Source: Octopus sinensis (Eukaryota). Taken from it: a DNA stretch of 64,000 bases. The stretch spans positions 161,200,001 through 161,264,000 of the forward strand of contig NC_042997.1 in assembly GCF_006345805.1 (NCBI RefSeq), read 5' to 3'. Numbering within the stretch: position 1 is the first letter of the stretch; every line of letters begins with the position of its first letter. Shown one piece after another: positions 25,780 to 36,662 of this stretch. A program made the position numbers and the translations under genes. The notes beneath the pieces are model-generated. The model worked only from the letters and a program-made list of their open reading frames with translations, made no database searches and had not been told where the DNA came from.

Positions 25780-27009
25780 TTAGTGGCAGCAATGTGGGGA
25801 ATTGGTGCACTGGGGTAATATCATAGGATGGTGTTGAGTGATGGCTAGAATGTTTTTGTGTATCTCTTTTGCCATGTTCAACATGGCTAAAAAAGAATTT
25901 TCCTGCTTAGGGAGCAGTTTTTGGCTGGAGGTGTGGTTGCACTGTTGGATAGGGTTGTAGTTTCCACTTTTGTTGTTGTTTTTTTTGTGTCTTCCTGAAA
26001 AGACTGGACCAGCATTACTGCAGCATGGTGTGTTTCTATTTTTATTTTTATTCAGGTTTGTTTGTTGGCTTGAAGCCCCGTTTCTGTTTGTGCGTCGGGT
26101 CCCTGGAAGATGAGTGAAGGGACAGTCACTCAGCAGACATGTTCTCTCACGTTGGGAATACCGGCAGATTTTGGGACTCCGAGTTGTGTGTGTTTTGAAT
26201 TTCGATTTACTATTTGGTGGTGTTGATGTTATTGTGGGATGCGTGCTTTGGCCTTGGCCGGTAGTGCGTCTAGTGCCGGGTAGATGCGTGAAGATGCAGT
26301 CACTATTTGTGCAGAGTCTCTGGCGCAGTGAATAGCGGCATATTTGGGGATTTCTTGTTTGTGCCGTGGGGGGCGCATTCTGCTTCCTATGTTTCTTTAA
26401 GTTTTTGTTACTGCAGTAGTATTGAGGTGGTGATGTGGGGGAAGAGGGCAGTGGTTTCTTATTTGCTTTTCTGTTGGTATTTTTGGTGATAGAAGACGAT
26501 GGTGGCAGCGGTGGTGATGATGATGATGATAATTGTGGTGGTTGCCGTGAGAGCGGTGAAAAGATACTGGCATTTAGTGAATCATCTAGTAAGCTAGAGT
26601 TGAGGAGTGGCTGTTGTTGTTCTTGTTGCTGTGGCTGTTGTTGTTGTTGTTGTGCTTGGCCGATGTTAGGGTCAGCCATTGTGCTGGGAACCAGGAGTGG
26701 CTCATTCTGTTGTTGTTGTTGTTGTGGCTGCTGATTTTCTAGCTGTTGCTGTTCTTGAACTGTGAAAATATGAAGAAGCTTTTCATAATGGCCTTTTGTC
26801 AGTTTGAAAGATACTTCGATATGTTTCAGTTTGCTACGAATCTGTTTGACGGATCGTGTGTTGACCACTTGTGATGTTTTTTCGGCAATCTCATTCAAAC
26901 ACAAAACATTTAGATTTTCTGTTTGGGAAAGAGAGAACCATGTGTTTATTAAAACATCAATTTCGTTATCAGACCAATTTCGTCTGTTGCAGGCCTGCAA
27001 GTTAGTCAT
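25780..27009 (-). CDS. LINE ORF1p, 409 aa: N-terminal Myb/SANT-like motif, polyQ, two CCCH zinc fingers
   Basis: Intact ORF starting at ATG. WSDNEIDVLINTW..EIAEK..RSVKQIRSKLK at the N-terminus; C-x8-C-x4-C-x3-H at aa 224-242 and 282-300. Confidence 0.85.
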   Translation of the reverse strand: MTNLQACNRRNWSDNEIDVLINTWFSLSQTENLNVLCLNEIAEKTSQVVNTRSVKQIRSKLKHIEVSFKLTKGHYEKLLHIFTVQEQQQLENQQPQQQQQQNEPLLVPSTMADPNIGQAQQQQQQPQQQEQQQPLLNSSLLDDSLNASIFSPLSRQPPQLSSSSSPPLPPSSSITKNTNRKANKKPLPSSPTSPPQYYCSNKNLKKHRKQNAPPTAQTRNPQICRYSLRQRLCTNSDCIFTHLPGTRRTTGQGQSTHPTITSTPPNSKSKFKTHTTRSPKICRYSQRERTCLLSDCPFTHLPGTRRTNRNGASSQQTNLNKNKNRNTPCCSNAGPVFSGRHKKNNNKSGNYNPIQQCNHTSSQKLLPKQENSFLAMLNMAKEIHKNILAITQHHPMILPQCTNSPHCCH

Positions 27010-27512
27010 GTTTGTTTTTCTTTTGTTTGTTTTCCTTTTGATTTTTGAAAATATATATATTCTTTCTTGGGAGTTAAAGAAGTGTATATATATATAAATG
27101 TTCTCTCTTAAGGGTGTGAGTTTTTGATTATTTGGTTGTTTGAGGATATTAAAAGAAAAACAGGTGTATATAACAATTTGTAGTTAAATGAAAACGTACT
27201 TACGGGTTTGTAGGCAAACACGTGGTTACAAATATATATATATTTAAGGTCAGTTAAGTTTTGAAGCTGTGTAGCTTGCTACTGACTTGGGAGAGAAACA
27301 AATAGACGTCCGTCCACTTCAACAGTTCATGTATAAATAGATGTGTGTATTTTTCCCTTGTTAACAATTAACACGGAAAAAATAGATAAATAGTTACCAG
27401 GGTAACAAAAAATCACACAAGAGGTTGTAACTCCTTGTTTTTAAAGGTAGAAACTTCGAGTTTACGTGAAATTTTTTTGTATAGTATATAAATAAATGGA
27501 GTTTAACGCAAG

Positions 27513-27704
27513 TGTAATTCAAATTATACTTCCGACAAATGTTTCGAAGATATCACTGATATAAATCCAAGGAAATAAAATGGTAAAACAATGTAATCTT
27601 CTTTTCAGGGAAGTGACGAAATGAATCTCGTCAATAAGACATTTTAACAGAATATCAGTGATATCTTCGAAACATGTGTCGGAAGTAAAAGTATTTGAAT
27701 TACA
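27513..27704. repeat. Penelope-type inverted repeat (about 50 bp arms) containing an HHR remnant (27528-27614, minus)
   Basis: Arms 27513-27562 and 27652-27704. ACTTCC-CTGAAAA-GAAGAT...ATCTTC-GAAAC-ATTT-GTC-GGAAGT has G8 changed to A. Confidence 0.7.
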
Positions 27705-27720
27705 TCTGCATTACATTCCA

Positions 27721-27800
<80 letters not shown>

Positions 27801-27905
27801 TAAAATGATAAGGGTGAAAATTTGAATATTAATTTGATTAATATCAATTTAAAACCACAGGTCTAGCATATTTAAATATCTGAAGTTTCAGAAAAAATTA
27901 TATTG

Positions 27906-28352
27906 CATACATATAAAAGGGATGACCTGTAGGGGGACATCCATTATACTAGAAGATCCGGTATGGACTTACCACTGAGAAAGAAATGTTCTCAAGAAAA
28001 GTTAGCAAACGTCAGAACGTAAGCGTGCAAGAGAAATGAAAAAAATACAAAATATAGATTAATCACAAATCAGGTTTCGTTGTTAATGCTTACGGAATCA
28101 TTTACGTAATTATCCACATATATTTGCAGAGACGATCACACTGACGTGTTGCGGATAATTACGTAAATGATTACGTAAGCATTAACAACGATATCTGGTT
28201 TGTGATTAATCTATATTTTGTATCTTTTCCTTCGTCTTGCTCGCGTTTGCTAAATTTTCTTGAGAACATTCCCTTCTTAGTGGTAAGACCATAGCGGATC
28301 TTCTTCTAGCATAATGGATATTCATTAACAGGTCTTCCCTTTTATATGTATG
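27906..28352. repeat. Fold-back element with about 200-210 bp arms and a degenerate HHR at the centre (28135-28206, plus)
   Basis: Arms 27906-28115 and 28153-28352. ATCACA-CTGACGT-GTTG...CAAC-GATAT-CTG-GTT-TGTGAT; the left arm retains GAAAC. Confidence 0.75.
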
Positions 28353-28394
28353 TATGTATAAATATATATATATATATATATATGAATGCTTGTC

Positions 28395-28603
28395 TCTTTA
28401 CTCTTTTACTTGTTTCAGTCATTTGACTGCGGCCATACTAGAGCACCGCCTTTAGTCGAGCAAATCGACCCAGGACTTATTCTTTGTAAGCCCAGTACTT
28501 ATTCTATCGGTCTCTTTTGCCGAACCGCTAAGTTACGGGGACGTAAACACACCAGCATCGGTTGTCAAGCGATGTTGGGGGACAAACACAGACACACAAA
28601 CAT

Positions 28604-28634
<31 letters not shown>

Positions 28635-28790
28635 TATGCATATATACGACTGGCTTCTTTCAGTTTCCGTCTACCATATCCACTCACAAGACTTTGGTCG
28701 GCCCGAGGCTATAGTAGAAGACACTTGACCAAGGTGCTACGCAATGGGATTGAACCCGGAACCATGTACTTACCAAACAGCCACTCCTGT
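28395..28790 (-). mobile_element. tRNA-derived SINE
   Basis: Reverse complement of the 40217-40613 family. Confidence 0.88.
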
Positions 28791-28849
28791 ATATAAGTTC
28801 TTTACAACGACCGAAGAAACCAACTGAAGATAAAATGTAAATCATTCTT

Positions 28850-29480
28850 ACATATATTTGACTGACTAGTGCGCCTGGAATTCACTGTTTCATTAGTTTA
28901 TACATGTGTTGTAATTCATATCCGAAGGACAATATTTTCACAATTGAAGAAAGTTCTCAAAACAAAAAGGAAATAGGTCATATTCTTTGGGAGCCAACTA
29001 CGTTTCACTTGATAGGCTGTCTCAAATTTTAACTTCTATTGTTTTTGTTGAATTTCTTAGCACTACTGGTTATGGAAGTGGATTTGTCAAGTTTGCTGTT
29101 CAAACCCTCGGGGAGAAAATTTTTATTGAAGATTCCAAGATTGTATTGGCATTTTTTATATAAATTCAAGATATCACTTAGGATTTTTTACTGCGTATTT
29201 TGAAAGCGAGGTTGCATTTATCACGTTCCCGGACCTACATAATTATATACATTTGTAATATCTGACTAGCATTTTCTTCCTTATTTACGTTCGTAGAGTT
29301 AAGTTTGTCGTTATATATAATGGAATATTTTAGGTTTTGTGTATGTAATATTTGACTAACGTTTTCCCATTATTTATTGTTGGAGAGGTGTGTTCATCGT
29401 TATATATAACGGAGTTTTGTCAGGTTTTCCGTCGGGGATAGTTTTCCAAAATTTTATATACCAGATACAGATAATCCCAA
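28850..29480 (-). mobile_element. Decayed Penelope-like GIY-YIG region
   Basis: INATSLSKYAVK resembles the PLE NSTxLSKYIW motif; many stops. Confidence 0.5.
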
Positions 29481-29969
29481 ATATTCTATGCATAACTATC
29501 AACTTGACTTGCACACATCAAGAAGTCTATGAATTTTAAATATCCGTACACCTATACATACACACACAAACAAAAACATCAGAAATACTTCATCACATTG
29601 AAATAGCCAGTCCAAAATCAGTTATGTCACACTGTTTAACAATAGAAACAATTTTAATTAGTTTCACCTTTAACTCACTTACTAACAAACATTCTTTACA
29701 AACAAAATACATTAAACTATTAATAATAGAACAGCTTTAACTAGATTAATAAATCCAGATTTTAAAAAAATAAAAGATAGCCAATGAAAAAAACAGTAAA
29801 GTAACAATAAATTAGTAACAACGAAGTGCAAATCAATGAGCAAATGTATGTATGTATGTATGTATGTATGCATGTATGTATGTATGTATGTTCATGAATA
29901 TACACGCACGTCGAATTGTGTTGAGCAAATGAGAACGGTGCATTCAAAACAGTAGAGTATATAGTTTAT

Positions 29970-30330
29970 TGAATCTGTATTTTAATCTCACGACTCGAGT
30001 TTCACGACTTTTCAGTCTTCAGGCGAGAACTCGGAATTTGTGGTGTGTTTATATTCACTAGTGCGAGTGTAGTTTCATGCGTGTGCTTGTCATTGGTTTG
30101 CGTTTCACATTGGCTAAGTTTCTTGTTTTTCTCTTTTGTCTTTTTGTAAGTATGGGTTTCTTAAGCTAGTTAAGGCTGTCCTCCTATTCATTATTTATTG
30201 TATTTTGTTTGCAAAGAATGTTTGTTTTATGAACGAGTTCAAACGTGAAAGTGATTAAACGCGGTTCTATTGTAAAACGGTGTTTTTTTATGGCTGAAGG
30301 ATTTGGCTATGAATGCATATATTCAGCTGA
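29970..30330 (-). mobile_element. Penelope-like 3' fragment with an HHR remnant (29986-30028)
   Basis: TCTCGC-CTGAAGA-CTGAAAAGTCGT-GAAAC-TCGA-GTC-GTGAGA: 6-bp stem I, palindromic TCGA loop, stem II 5' arm apparently deleted. 30160-30290 is an inverted homologue of 29630-29760. Confidence 0.6.
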
Positions 30331-31299
30331 AACTTTATGTAAAGTGCAACAGCTATTGGAAGGTGGCTGCAAATTTACAAGGGTGCCGAGGATTCTTTCT
30401 CATTCCAGTTACGAATAAACTGAATAATATCATGTGGTGTAAAAGAAAGAAAATAGTAAACTTTGTGCTTTTATAATTCCTCCATCGTTCAGTTGACACG
30501 TTCTAATAGTAAATCTAAAACATTCTAAACTTCGGCGCTAGATCTTATTGTTTCATTAGCTAACACCGTTGACATGAGTGACATGAAAAAAAAACGTGTG
30601 GAAGTTAGTGAAATTCGTTTCGAATATAATGATGTGGAAAATTTCAGTGTAGCAACTATACTTAATGATAAATATTATATTTGCAAAGAACTTGTAGATG
30701 CTATTGCTACCAGTTAAAAACTCCGCATACTGGATGCTAGCAAGATTATAGGGTCACCAGGAGAGAATGCGCGCCGTTTCGCGGCCTAAGCCCCGCTCGC
30801 TAGATCAACTGTTTATCAGGTTTCGCTCAATATTCTTCTAGCCATTGCTTATCCTTTCTTTTTAACCAAATCCAACAGTTTACCTTTTTCACTGTAGTCT
30901 GTATATTACCCGCGGTGTTATTTGCTTTATGATGAATTAGGCCTAACGATAACAACATACGTCTCAAATTCAGTCCAACGAATCCTCTACATCCGACTTC
31001 GATTTAAAAAATGCTCCGCTTTCCAGCGTAAGTCTCCACATTCCTCTAGGGTTTTTTTTATAACGGTCGGTCTTTCGAGCCCGAGCGGCATCCGTGTTTT
31101 CTTCATGAGGAACCGTTGACACGACTAGATTTACTACTTTCTTTCTTTTACACCACATGATGTTATTCAGTTTCTTCGTAACTGGAATGTGAAAGAATCC
31201 TCGGCACCCTTGTAAATTTGCAGCCACCTTCCAATAGCTGTTCCACTTTTCATCGCTCACAGGAGAGTTTCTTCTTCTTCTTCTTCAAAAGGATATGCT

Positions 31300-32060
31300 G
31301 TCCTGAACTCACGAATATAATGTAATCTCTGGTTAGTTCCGTCAGTGGTTTTTTTGTCACTGTTCATGGGAGCAATTTGGTTCTTTATAGCATTGACCAG
31401 ATTTTGCTTCCATGTATATCTATTTAATGTCAGTTAACAGTTGGAAAGAAAATGTTTCCCTGTTCCAACTTTTCTGCATTTATCGTTTTCTTACAAGGTT
31501 TGTAAGCGATGGTAACATGTCATAGGATGAACAAATCAGAAAACCTAGACGTGATGTTGTTCATGTCCATATTTTATTCCAAACTACTTTTCTCCCAACA
31601 ATGTGTTGCTCCCACTTCGTCATCTGTCCTTGTTAAGAGTATTGAATCAAATGAAGCTCTCTTCTCACTGCTTCCCTTACTTTGACGCTGTTGCTAACAA
31701 CAGATCTATATTCGCTCCGCATCATGCTTGAAAACAGTCCCTTCTAATGAATTTGCGTTGCACCCACCATATCTCGGTATGTAAGTGAAGACAGGATGTT
31801 ATCAGTCTCTGCTTCTGCTTTCCACTTCCTAGCTATTTTTACATTAGGTGGATTACGCTTGATTTCTTTATCTTTCGACTTTCTCAGCATCATCACCGTT
31901 CGTACGTTTCCTACTTTATAAATTTTAACTATTGACGCTGAGCCGTTCAATATCCGCGGCACGCCTAGCCAGTTTCTAATGAACACATTACACTTTTGCT
32001 CAATGATTTGAACTTGTGACAGTCCCACCTCGTTTCATTAGCTAACATCTTTGGCATGAA
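31300..32060 (-). mobile_element. HERO-like RLE retrotransposon relic
   Basis: IEQKCNVFIRNWLGVPR, ARKWKAEAETDNILSSL..RDMVGA, GKHFLSNC..RYTWKQ. Confidence 0.75.
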
Positions 32061-32359
32061 TTGTGTGCAGATATACATACAGAAGTTACTGCAAATCGTT
32101 TCAGTGTAGCGACTGTGCTTAATGATAAATATTATATATTAACAGACGTCAAATAAATTTAACGATAAACTTAAGTACTTGAGATTTACGTCAGACTGAC
32201 TGTATTAAACCAAAATTACCTAGCAAATCATACTTTACCTGGAAGTCAAGATTCTTGCGAGCTAAAAATCAGCTTAAATATTTTAATATGCAAACAGTGA
32301 TAAGAGAAAGAAAATTATTTTGGTATATAAATGTAGGAAGGTAATAATGGTTTCAAATT

Positions 32360-32500
32360 TTGGCAAACGGCCAGCATTTCAGTGGAGGAGTAAATCGGTT
32401 GCATCGAACCCAGTGTTCACTTGGTACTTTATCGAGCCGAAAAGACGAAATGTAAATTCGACCTCGGCATTCCAATGATTCTGCTAGCTCCTCCTTATAG
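32360..32500 (-). mobile_element. Short SINE relic (family of 51762-51965)
   Basis: Shares CGACCTCGG..., AAATTTTGG and TTCTGCTAGCTC motifs. Confidence 0.55.
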
Positions 32501-33959
32501 GAATGTAATAATGATAAGAAACAATGATATTACACCAGCATAATCTAAACACAAATAAGTCAAGTCTCCGAAAGAGCGAACCTATTTGAGGCCACTCGAC
32601 TCTCTAGAAACTGCAACCATATTTCCATCATGTTAAAGGAGATCACATTGGAAAATACGAAAACAGATCTAGCGAGACCGGATGATCATGGTTGGAACGA
32701 TTTTGATCAAAGAATGATCAAGATCTAAATAACATAAACAACGCAAATATATATCTATATCTATATGTGTATATATGTGTCAAAGATGACAAAGATACAG
32801 CATTTTGGTTTTAAAATATTTGTTCTAATCCACCTTTCAATTCTCCTCCAGAGAATGGCATTAAATGAAAGCTATTTAATAATGGACAGTACGTAATTTG
32901 GATATTAAATAATGTATATACACAAAGTATATTATATGAACCGAATACACCTCGACTACAGAACAATTTAACGGAAACTTTATAAAATGTTCCTCAAACA
33001 GAACTTAATATGCATTACGTTGAAATCATCGAACGAAAACATCGAACACGAAAATTAGAAATACTCCCAATAACAGCAAATCACAAGCTTGGAAGCCATA
33101 AAATAAATTTCAAATCAAGAATTTTATACCTAAATTCAAATATGAACACGTAAAATTTATTTCTATGGTTATTACGATGAATAGACAACTTCAACAGTTT
33201 CTCGATAGCTGACTTGTTTTTTACAAAATCCAACCCGTAAAAAAATATTTACAAGATCGCTTGTCATGCCAAATATAGAAACCAAGTATCTATCAAATAA
33301 CATGCTATCATCATAAAGGTAAGGGTACATATGATAATGTAGACCAAGATACATAGTGCCTGAAAACAAACGATTGAACGTTTGTAGCTTGACTACCTTT
33401 AAGCATAGATGTACTTGCATGTGACTCATGTGGATCTAAGTAGCTGCAGCATATACAACAATGAGCAATTTCAAAGTTATATTAAGTACCGAAAATCAAA
33501 ACTAAATAGAAGGGTATTTATTTTCCACGCGTCTTGAAAAGAACAGATAAAATATTTGTCACGAATGCTAAATATATTGCAAAATATGAAACCAGCATTG
33601 TCATCTTAGTAAGAACCTAACATTAGCAGCCACACCAACAGTTTTCTGAAGTCCTGTAGTACACCTCATGTTAACATAAAACTTTTAACTCGATAGTAAC
33701 GAATGAAAATGGGGGGAAAATGTGATTTGATGAGTCTCTCCTGCACTAAAAACTGTTTCTAAAATTATTTTATCCAGAAACTAAAGCTTTCCGTTCTAGT
33801 TAGGCTTATGACATGAATTCAAAACCGGATTTTGAACTTTTTTATTCTTTTCTTTGATAGTTCCAACTCGAGAGCTGCGGCCATGCTGGAGCACTGCCGT
33901 TAGCATTGCTACATTTTGACTAAACTTTCTCTTTTATGTAGCATTTAGTGAATGAGGGA

Positions 33960-34660
33960 GTTTGAAGTTGCTACTTCATCGGCGTTTCTTGTCGGGGGAT
34001 GGGTTCATCCGGAAATCTTGACAGGAGGAGATCCGGTTTTGTTCTGAAGACACTGCAGAATCGTGGGCCCTTGTAACACAAACTGTTGCAGTATGTGGTC
34101 CTGTATACTGATGGCAATGTTAGAATTTTTGATACTATGGAGTGGCGCCCTGTTCTGCTGCTTGTATAACTTACAATGCCAAAATTAAGTAAAGCTCTTC
34201 TAGGATTTACTAGATATATATCATTGCATATCCTTCCCGCCATCGTTCTAGGAAACAAAGTCTTGACTTTTTTATAGTCTCTTCCAGTAATTGACATGTC
34301 GATTGAAACGATCTTCTTTGTGTAGCTTCGCTGGATTGCTTCCAGTTCTGTCGTTAATTTTACACTGTTTGGTGATCATAGTTGGGAACAGTAATCTAAA
34401 TGGCTGATGACAAACGTCTTCCACAGGATCATCATGGTTTCCTGTTCTCCCGTTCTGAAAGTTCTAATGATCCATCCGGTCAACCACCAGCATTTTATTG
34501 CCAACTTAGTAATATGTACCTGGAAAAATGCATCATTACTCATGTTGATGTCCAGGTCGCGAAACTGATTTTGATTCAGGGATTGCAATCCTGCTTGGGT
34601 CAGTGTATCCTGTTTTCTATTCATTCAGCTTCGCACGCTGGCAGTGCAGGGCTTGCAATT
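33960..34660 (-). mobile_element. Decayed CR1/L2-superclade LINE 3' fragment, related to but distinct from 22695-27328
   Basis: FRDLDINMSND..GWIIRTFRT..ILWKTFVISHLDYCSQL and KGPRF...LLSRFPDEP. Confidence 0.8.
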
Positions 34661-34959
34661 TTCTAGCATTAAATTTGTGAAGTTTTTAAACAGTTCGTTT
34701 TTCTGACCAAATACATCATGTGTTAAATATATATACTAAATGTTATACTAAATCAACACGCCATGCAATGAATGTACTTAGTTAAATATAGTCACCACCC
34801 ATAATGCATAAATGAATGATTCATACATATAAAGTATCTGATAGAATATATTTTGTTCAATCTAAATGCCGGAGAGGAAATGTCATGCTTGAAACGTTTC
34901 CTGGTTTCATTTTGTCTATAAATAATTTCTAATACACTAACATTTATTTTATCAACTAC

Positions 34960-35510
34960 GAATAGCTGAAGACAAAGTCGACCGGGATTGCATTTGATCT
35001 CAGAATATTAGAGTCGTAACAAATGCACTTTCTGCGACGCTTTGGCGGTTCACCTAATTGAAATGACAAATATCTAAAATAAAAAGGACTATGGTAGAAC
35101 AATCGAGCTTTCCATACGTCAAAATCGTGGCACTTCGTCGGTTACTACGACGAGGGTTCCAGCTGGTCCGATCAACGGAATAGCCTGCTCATGAAATTAA
35201 CGTGCAAGAGGCTGAGCACTCTACAGACACGTGCACCCTTAACGTAGTTCTCGGGGAGATTCAGCGGGACACAGTGTGTGACAAGGCTGGCCCTTTGAAA
35301 TACAGGTACAACAGAAACAAGAAAGAGTGAGAGAAAGTTGTGGTGAAAGAGTACAGCAAGGTTCGCCACCACCCCCTGCCTGGAGTTCGTGGAGCTTTAA
35401 GTGTTTTCGCTCAATAAACACTTCCAATGCCTGGTCTGGGAATCGAAACCGCGATCCTACGACCGCGAGTCCGCTGCCTTAACCACTGGGCAATTGCGCC
35501 TGCGCGTACG
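34960..35510. mobile_element. Cluster of SINE fragments, including a tRNA-like head on the minus strand (35420-35510)
   Basis: Minus strand A-box TGCCCAGTGG and B-box GGTTTCGATTCC; SINE body on the plus strand at 35110-35320. Confidence 0.65.
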
Positions 35511-36182
35511 TCTAAATTATATATAAAGAACATGGTATTCAACATTCTTAACAGCTTTTCTAAGGAACTAATATGTCTCTCCCAAACTTTTATTAATTTC
35601 CACGATATATCATGAGCCTGAGACAATATAGGAGCTGCTGCATAATCAATAAGACTTGTTAGCAATCAATCCAAATTTCACCTCAAGCCTCGTTACCATT
35701 TTAGGCACAGAACAATAGATATTATAGTCCTAAACTTATTATCTCAAAATAAGACAAGATATCCATGTCTAGAAAGCTTGATCATCTATTTATCTGAACC
35801 GAGCTAACCTGCGGCTAAAGAATAATACAGTTAAGTTATACAAAACAAATATTTGCATCCAAATTAAATTCAATGTTTCTGACAGTTATCAATACTTGTG
35901 AATATTCCCTCTTAATGCTACTTTTAAAATACCAATATTTTTATATTTTATAAATTAATATAAACTTGTTTACCTTTTTACGACGATACAATTTATTGGG
36001 TTTCATAATATTTTAGTCGCAAAACCAGGCGCGAGTATGGTTGTATCAGTAAAAGTGCGCTTCACAGCCACATATTCGCACAATTTTAGGCAGGTGTACT
36101 TTTTTGTATCTTTCGGTTGACCAATATTTTGCGAGTTAAACTGCAATAACCTAAGTTATACTGAAGTCCTTCATATAGAGAA

Positions 36183-36215
<33 letters not shown>

Positions 36216-36220
<5 letters not shown>

Positions 36221-36519
36221 AAATTATAAGTTAGGGTATCTACGAGATACCACCATGCTGAAAATAGCAGCCATGATCTGACTCTAAAACCACCTTAATT
36301 GTCCATATATCAACACGGAGAGAAAACAAACAGACAAGATGAAACTAGTAAAAAATTACTAGTAAAAAATTTCCAGTAATGTTTTACTAGTTTCATCTTG
36401 TCTCTTTCTTTTCTCTCCGTGTTGATATATGGACAATTAAGGTGGTTTTAGAGTCAGATCATGGCTGCTATTTTCAGCATGGTGGTATCTCGTAGATACC
36501 TTAATCTATAATTTTAATA
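36216..36519. repeat. Near-perfect inverted repeat, 138-bp arms, 28-bp loop
   Basis: Arms 36216-36353 and 36382-36519; the 119-bp core differs at only 2 positions by eye. Confidence 0.9.
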
Positions 36520-36621
36520 ATTATTACCTTTGAAGGTTATTTTTTCCATGCTGACCACTTGATAAAATCGTTAGTTTATTTTTAAATTAACGATCTTATC
36601 CTTATTTATATAAATTTATAA

Positions 36622-36655
<34 letters not shown>

Positions 36656-36662
<7 letters not shown>

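Larger units (their letters stand above)
22695..27328 (-). mobile_element. Near full-length APE/RT LINE, CR1/L2 superclade (Crack/Daphne-like), about 4.63 kb
   Basis: About 320 bp 5' UTR, ORF1, ORF2 (APE + RT), 66 bp 3' UTR with a GGCC-AACAAT-GGCC stem-loop, and a (TATCAAAG)3 tail at 22695-22718. Candidate 5-bp target duplication ATGTA at 22690-94 and 27329-33. Confidence 0.92.
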
